A stretch of DNA of 32,932 nt, taken from contig JAWBBW010000014.1 of NCBI GenBank assembly GCA_038824035.1, positions 1-32,932 of the forward strand. Direction: 5' to 3'. The stretch is from Desulfurococcaceae archaeon. GTDB taxonomy: Archaea > Thermoproteota > Thermoprotei_A > Sulfolobales > Desulfurococcaceae. Shown here in pieces: positions 28,828 to 32,932 of this stretch; the first letter of the stretch is position 1, and each line of letters begins with the position of its first letter. The notes below the pieces were generated by a model. The model had not been told where the DNA came from and searched no databases. It worked only from the letters and a program-made list of their open reading frames with translations. A program made the translations under genes and the position numbers.

Positions 28828-29403
28828 ATGATCAAGATATTGATGGCTCCATTGACGAGTAAAGGTGTCCTAGAGTATATAAGTGGAGTTAAAGACACCG
28901 TTGTACGGGTTCTTAATACAGCTGGATTAAATGTAGAGGTATTTATATGGCCAAATGTTATTAAGCCAAGTACTAGGTGTTTTAATTGGGATAGAACACA
29001 GTATTATGCAAAATGCATTATAGATCAAGTTAAGGAGGTTTTTCAAATACTCGGTGTCTTGAACAAGTACTTGGTTATTGCCATTGGGTACCTAGATGGA
29101 TATGAACATGGGTTGAACTTTGTATTCGGAGAGGCCCATTCTGGCTATAAAATAGCAGTTGTTTTCACGAAAAGGCTTAGTCCAGGTTATTATGGCATGG
29201 AAATAGATTATAACAGGTACTTTGAAAGAATAGTCAAAGAGGTTATACATGAATTGGGTCATTTGTTAGGATTAGAACACTGTGATGACAGGCGATGTGT
29301 TATGAAATTCAGTAACTCGGTGTTAGAAGTCGATGAGAAAACCATGTATTTTTGTAACAAATGTTCTAAGAAAATGATAGATTATATATCGAGGACGAAG
29401 TAA
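28828..29403 (+). CDS. amzA: Archaemetzincin family zinc metalloprotease
   Basis: LNFVFGEA and HELGHLLGLEHC...CVM.FSNS..EVD.K...FCNKC motifs. Confidence 0.92.
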   Translation: MIKILMAPLTSKGVLEYISGVKDTVVRVLNTAGLNVEVFIWPNVIKPSTRCFNWDRTQYYAKCIIDQVKEVFQILGVLNKYLVIAIGYLDGYEHGLNFVFGEAHSGYKIAVVFTKRLSPGYYGMEIDYNRYFERIVKEVIHELGHLLGLEHCDDRRCVMKFSNSVLEVDEKTMYFCNKCSKKMIDYISRTK

Positions 29404-29855
29404 GCAATCCATTTGTCTTCTGTTTTGATTATCTTCATTAGGCTATATGTAGCTGCCTTAACCTCGATACGGGGCTCATGATATGAGGGATCGAACTCAT
29501 CGCAACGAGCAGATCCTTCGATAACGTATCTAGTTTCACCATTAAATTTCTCAATAACTAGTTTATGGATGTCTATATTTCCACATACTAATCTCTCACT
29601 ATAGTATATAAACAATAGGCCCTCTAGCCACTTATATAATAGGTTCTCCAAATCATATCCATCGACGGCGATGGAACGAATAATTTCACCTTTTATTTTC
29701 TTAATGTCTGTCATAGTGTCGAACAAGGCAAGCCCAGCATTTTTAAAGAGATCTAGGAGATCCCCTCCATACGCCTTTAAATAGACATCGCTCATATGCT
29801 CTAACATATCGTAGATGTTTTCTAAACTATACAAAACTCTTTCCTCAGGCATCAT
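29382..29855 (-). CDS. Archease (RtcB cofactor)
   Basis: LEHMSDV, FKNAGLAL, LENLLYKWL, EVKAATY and C-terminal VLDI. Confidence 0.93.
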   Translation of the reverse strand: MMPEERVLYSLENIYDMLEHMSDVYLKAYGGDLLDLFKNAGLALFDTMTDIKKIKGEIIRSIAVDGYDLENLLYKWLEGLLFIYYSERLVCGNIDIHKLVIEKFNGETRYVIEGSARCDEFDPSYHEPRIEVKAATYSLMKIIKTEDKWIAYFVLDI

Positions 29856-30018
29856 ATGCCCTATCCCCCTCTTTAGCTGAGGAATCATAACTATACAACT
29901 AGCACTTGAATGCACTATGATGACATCTTTTGAAATATTATTTTTAAATAATTGATTAAATAAAAGTTTTTAATACATTAAACCAAATATGATATTCTTA
30001 AGACAGAGGTGTAATAGT

Positions 30019-31356
30019 ATGAGCAAGAAATACGAATTTGAATCGTATCCCGAATACCTAAAACCAGGCTATACGCCAGATCCCGAAAACGATGTGATCG
30101 GGGTTTTCCGTGTTACCCCAGCGCAAGGCTTTACAATAGAAGATGTCGCGGCGGGAGTGGCGGCTGAAAGCAGTACTGGCACCTGGACTACTCTCTACAG
30201 CTGGTATGATGTTGAAAGGGTTAAAAGGCTAAGTGGCAAGGTGTTTGAAATAAGAGACTTAAAGGATGGTTCATACTTAGTCAAGATAGCATATCCAGTG
30301 GATCTATTCGAAGAAGGCAATATGCCTGGTTTCCTGGCTAGTGTTGCCGGCAACATATTCGGCATGAGGCGTGCAGCTGGCTTGAGGTTGGAGGACCTTT
30401 ACCTGCCGAAGAAATTCCTGGAACATTTCAAGGGACCTGCTAAAGGCATAAAAGGTGTTAGAGAGATATTTAAAGTATATGATAGACCAATCGTGGGCAC
30501 TGTTCCAAAGCCAAAGGAGGGGTATACGCCGGAGGAAGTGGAGAAATTGACATATGAAATACTGGTAGGAGGTATGGATTATATAAAAGATGACGAAAAC
30601 CTCGCCAGCCCACCTTTCTGCAGATTCGAAAAGAGGGCAGCGGCGATCATGAAAATGATCGATAAGGTCGAAAAAGAAACAGGTGAGAGAAAGGTATGGT
30701 TTGCCAACATAACAGCGGATGTCAGAGAAATGGAAAAGAGATTGAAACTGGTCGCTGATTATGGTAATCCTTATATAATGGTAGACGTGGTCATAACTGG
30801 TTGGAGTGCTCTAAACTATATAAGGGATCTTGCTGAGGAATACGGATTAGCGATACATGCTCATAGAGCCATGCACGCCGCCATTACGAGGAACAAATAC
30901 CATGGCATCTCGATGTACGTACTTGCAAAGCTATATAGAATAATAGGTGTGGATCAAATACACATAGGAACAGCCGGTGCCGGCAAGTTAGAGGGAGAAA
31001 AGGCAGATGTTGTCAAGTATGCAAAGATATTAACGGCCGAGCACTTTATACCTGATCCAGACGATATATTCCACTTAGAACAACCAATGTTCCACATAAA
31101 GCCAACAATGCCAGTCTCATCCGGTGGTCTACATCCGGGCAATATACCGTTGGTAATCGAAGCGATTGGAAAGGACATAGTTATGCAAATAGGAGGTGGT
31201 GTAATAGGCCACCCCGATGGACCTAGAGCCGGTGCAACAGCTGTAAGGCAAGCATTAGAAGCCATAGTTAAGGGCATACCACTCGATGAATATGCAAAAA
31301 CACACAAAGAACTTGCCAGAGCACTTGAAAAATGGGGCTTTGTAAAGCCCATTTAA
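30019..31356 (+). CDS. rbcL: Ribulose-1,5-bisphosphate carboxylase, archaeal form III
   Basis: AAESSTGTWT, GNIFGM, PKPK, DYIKDDEN (carbamylated Lys), HAHRAMHA, GKLEG, SSGGLHPG and GGG..GHP. All these catalytic motifs are intact. Confidence 0.96.
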   Translation: MSKKYEFESYPEYLKPGYTPDPENDVIGVFRVTPAQGFTIEDVAAGVAAESSTGTWTTLYSWYDVERVKRLSGKVFEIRDLKDGSYLVKIAYPVDLFEEGNMPGFLASVAGNIFGMRRAAGLRLEDLYLPKKFLEHFKGPAKGIKGVREIFKVYDRPIVGTVPKPKEGYTPEEVEKLTYEILVGGMDYIKDDENLASPPFCRFEKRAAAIMKMIDKVEKETGERKVWFANITADVREMEKRLKLVADYGNPYIMVDVVITGWSALNYIRDLAEEYGLAIHAHRAMHAAITRNKYHGISMYVLAKLYRIIGVDQIHIGTAGAGKLEGEKADVVKYAKILTAEHFIPDPDDIFHLEQPMFHIKPTMPVSSGGLHPGNIPLVIEAIGKDIVMQIGGGVIGHPDGPRAGATAVRQALEAIVKGIPLDEYAKTHKELARALEKWGFVKPI

Positions 31357-31690
31357 ACGAAGACCACACTGGACAGATAATAATTAATGAAATAATAAAA
31401 TTATTTTTTCAAGATTGTGATTGTAATTCCTAAAATACCTTTTATCTGTCACACTCTTAATATATAAGCCCGTTACTGCTATAGCATCAAAGCATTGAAA
31501 ACGATCGCGAATTATTGAATATATTTTGAGATAATATCTCATGTAGTATGAAACGTGCTAAAATACCATGAAAGGAAAATATAACATGTAAGATAAATTT
31601 GAAAGGCCAATTACATTGAAAACCTATGATAAGTAGGATAGGACATATATTTTCGGCAAAACCTTTCTTAAAAATTATGAGGAATTTAAA

Positions 31691-31748
31691 CGCCGGGGGC
31701 GGGATTTGAACCCGCGCGGGGATCGATATCCCCACTGGCTCTCAAGGC
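31691..31748 (-). pseudogene. 3' fragment of tRNA-Ser(TGA) (position 30 to discriminator); probable att site
   Basis: Minus strand reads GC-CT-TGA-GA-GCCAG, a long variable arm, GCGGG-TTCAAAT-CCCGC and CCCCGGC-G. No D arm or 5' acceptor strand upstream. Confidence 0.88.
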
Positions 31749-31901
31749 TCGTTAGTAGTCGTAGTTATGTTTCATGTTTTTATTTGGTTTGTGAAACATG
31801 ATATATTTCATGATATTACTGTTGGTTTTTGTTGTGTATGCTTGTTGAGCTGTACTTGAAAATTTTAAAAATACTTTTCATCCCTTCGAGACGGTGATTC
31901 G

Positions 31902-32238
31902 ATGTCTGCCCTAGAGTACTTAATGATGTTGAAGAGGGTTTTGGTTAGGGGGGTCGGTAATCGAGGAGTCCGCAAAATACTACAAGGTGTACCTACCTAC
32001 GGAGTACAACGACCTGTGGGAGGAGCTCAAGAACCGCAGGATACCCGTAGACATTATCGTGTTTCTCCCCAATAGACACCAGGAGTACGGGATAAGCAAG
32101 GTCCTCATGAAGGATAAGTATATTGTTAAGGAGAGCGGGAGGTACAAGGTATACCTAAGCAAGGCTTATCTTGATATATGGAAAGAGATAGCCACACAGA
32201 ACCAGACTATAGACCTCCTGATAGTGTTCAATGTTTAG
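31902..32238 (+). pseudogene. Frameshifted small protein with two tandem homologous domains
   Basis: GGTGA RBS and ATG 31902 read MSALEYLMMLKRVLVRG. The coding sequence continues in the +1 frame (SVIEESAKYYKVYLPTEY...) after a G6 run at 31948-31953. Confidence 0.6.
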
Positions 32239-32258
32239 TTTTTGTTTAGGTGGTGGGG

Positions 32259-32932
32259 GTGAGGAGGAGGAAGTTAAAGGGCTGGGCCAAGAGTTCTGCA
32301 AACCGAATTACTAGTGTTAGTAGTGGAAATTTAAGTTTTAGTAAAAGTGTTAGTACTAGTAAAAGCTATAGTAGAGAATTGCGCAATCTTGTGTATTTTG
32401 AAGTATATGGTTCTGGACGGAAGATAAGGACTAGGAGAGGTGTCTACTATAGGTATCCGGGTATTGTTCTTAGCGGTTTCAGGATGATTGATGTTCTTGT
32501 TTCTAGGGATCTCCTAGAGTATCTCCATAGAGATGAGAGGAAGAGGAAATTCATAGTAGTTAGGAAGTGTGGAGGGAATACCAGGGTTGTTATAAAATCT
32601 AAAGATGTTGATAAGATATCGTACATTTACGACTTAGAGAATCTTAGAAAGTTAACGGGTAAGAATGGAACAATACCTGAAAGACTACTGATGAGGTTGA
32701 GGACATTAAAGAATGGATGGGTTACAGTTAGATCTCTTGAAAATATTCTTCAGTCCATGAACTATAGTGTATGTGGGGTTCTCATACTCCAGGTTGTTGG
32801 TAATCAGCTCGGGATGAAGCTTTACGAAATCGATAATAGTGGGGTTCATCGTTTTCCTTGGAGTCAGTTATCTGATAGATTTATTGTTCGTTATGATAGG
32901 AATGGGAGGATTACCCTGGTTACTCTTTCAAA
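32259..32932 (+). CDS. Hypothetical basic protein, 3' end outside window
   Basis: Not in the ORF track. GTG 32259 after AGGTGG opens a frame of at least 224 codons (MRRRKLKGWAKSS...RITLVTLS) with no stop before the window edge. Confidence 0.75.
   Translation, partial: MRRRKLKGWAKSSANRITSVSSGNLSFSKSVSTSKSYSRELRNLVYFEVYGSGRKIRTRRGVYYRYPGIVLSGFRMIDVLVSRDLLEYLHRDERKRKFIVVRKCGGNTRVVIKSKDVDKISYIYDLENLRKLTGKNGTIPERLLMRLRTLKNGWVTVRSLENILQSMNYSVCGVLILQVVGNQLGMKLYEIDNSGVHRFPWSQLSDRFIVRYDRNGRITLVTLS

Larger units (their letters stand above)
31691..32932. mobile_element. Left end of a putative tRNA-Ser-integrated element (provirus or plasmid), extending beyond the window
   Basis: Orphan tRNA 3' half with host genes on its 3' side. 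On its 5' side the sequence switches to a strongly G/T-rich + strand with ORFs I cannot assign. Confidence 0.65.

Noticed and set aside
31487-31735. 82-aa ORF beginning inside the tRNA-Ser fragment, considered as a split-integrase piece
   Set aside because: It reads outward into host DNA, has no tyrosine-recombinase motifs and looks non-coding.

Overview
This is an AT-rich chromosomal window from a hyperthermophilic crenarchaeon, most likely Desulfurococcales. That assignment is inferred from the PolB3, SmAP-L37e, form III RuBisCO and the GC-rich tRNAs. The left part (1-9.2 kb) is housekeeping: FKBP PPIase (partial), Sm protein, L37e, DnaG, PolB3, pelota, a nucleotidyltransferase, an M50 protease, SRP RNA and a threonine-synthase-like enzyme. 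The middle (9.4-20.6 kb) is a 9-gene phosphorylative sugar uptake and catabolism cluster: two different FGGY kinases, a fucose/arabinose-isomerase-like enzyme, an EryC-like TIM-barrel epimerase, a DUF4380-like protein, a CUT2 ABC transporter and a class II aldolase. It is followed by Lrp and glutamine synthetase, a KaiC-like ATPase, MscS and DUF432, an acetamidase, three tRNAs (Glu with a non-canonical intron, Gly, Phe), an NTP transferase, archaemetzincin, archease and RuBisCO. At 31.7 kb an orphan 3' half of tRNA-Ser probably marks the att border of an integrated element. That element carries a frameshifted internally duplicated gene and a long basic ORF running off the window. Family assignments come from motif recognition only; no database searches were run.
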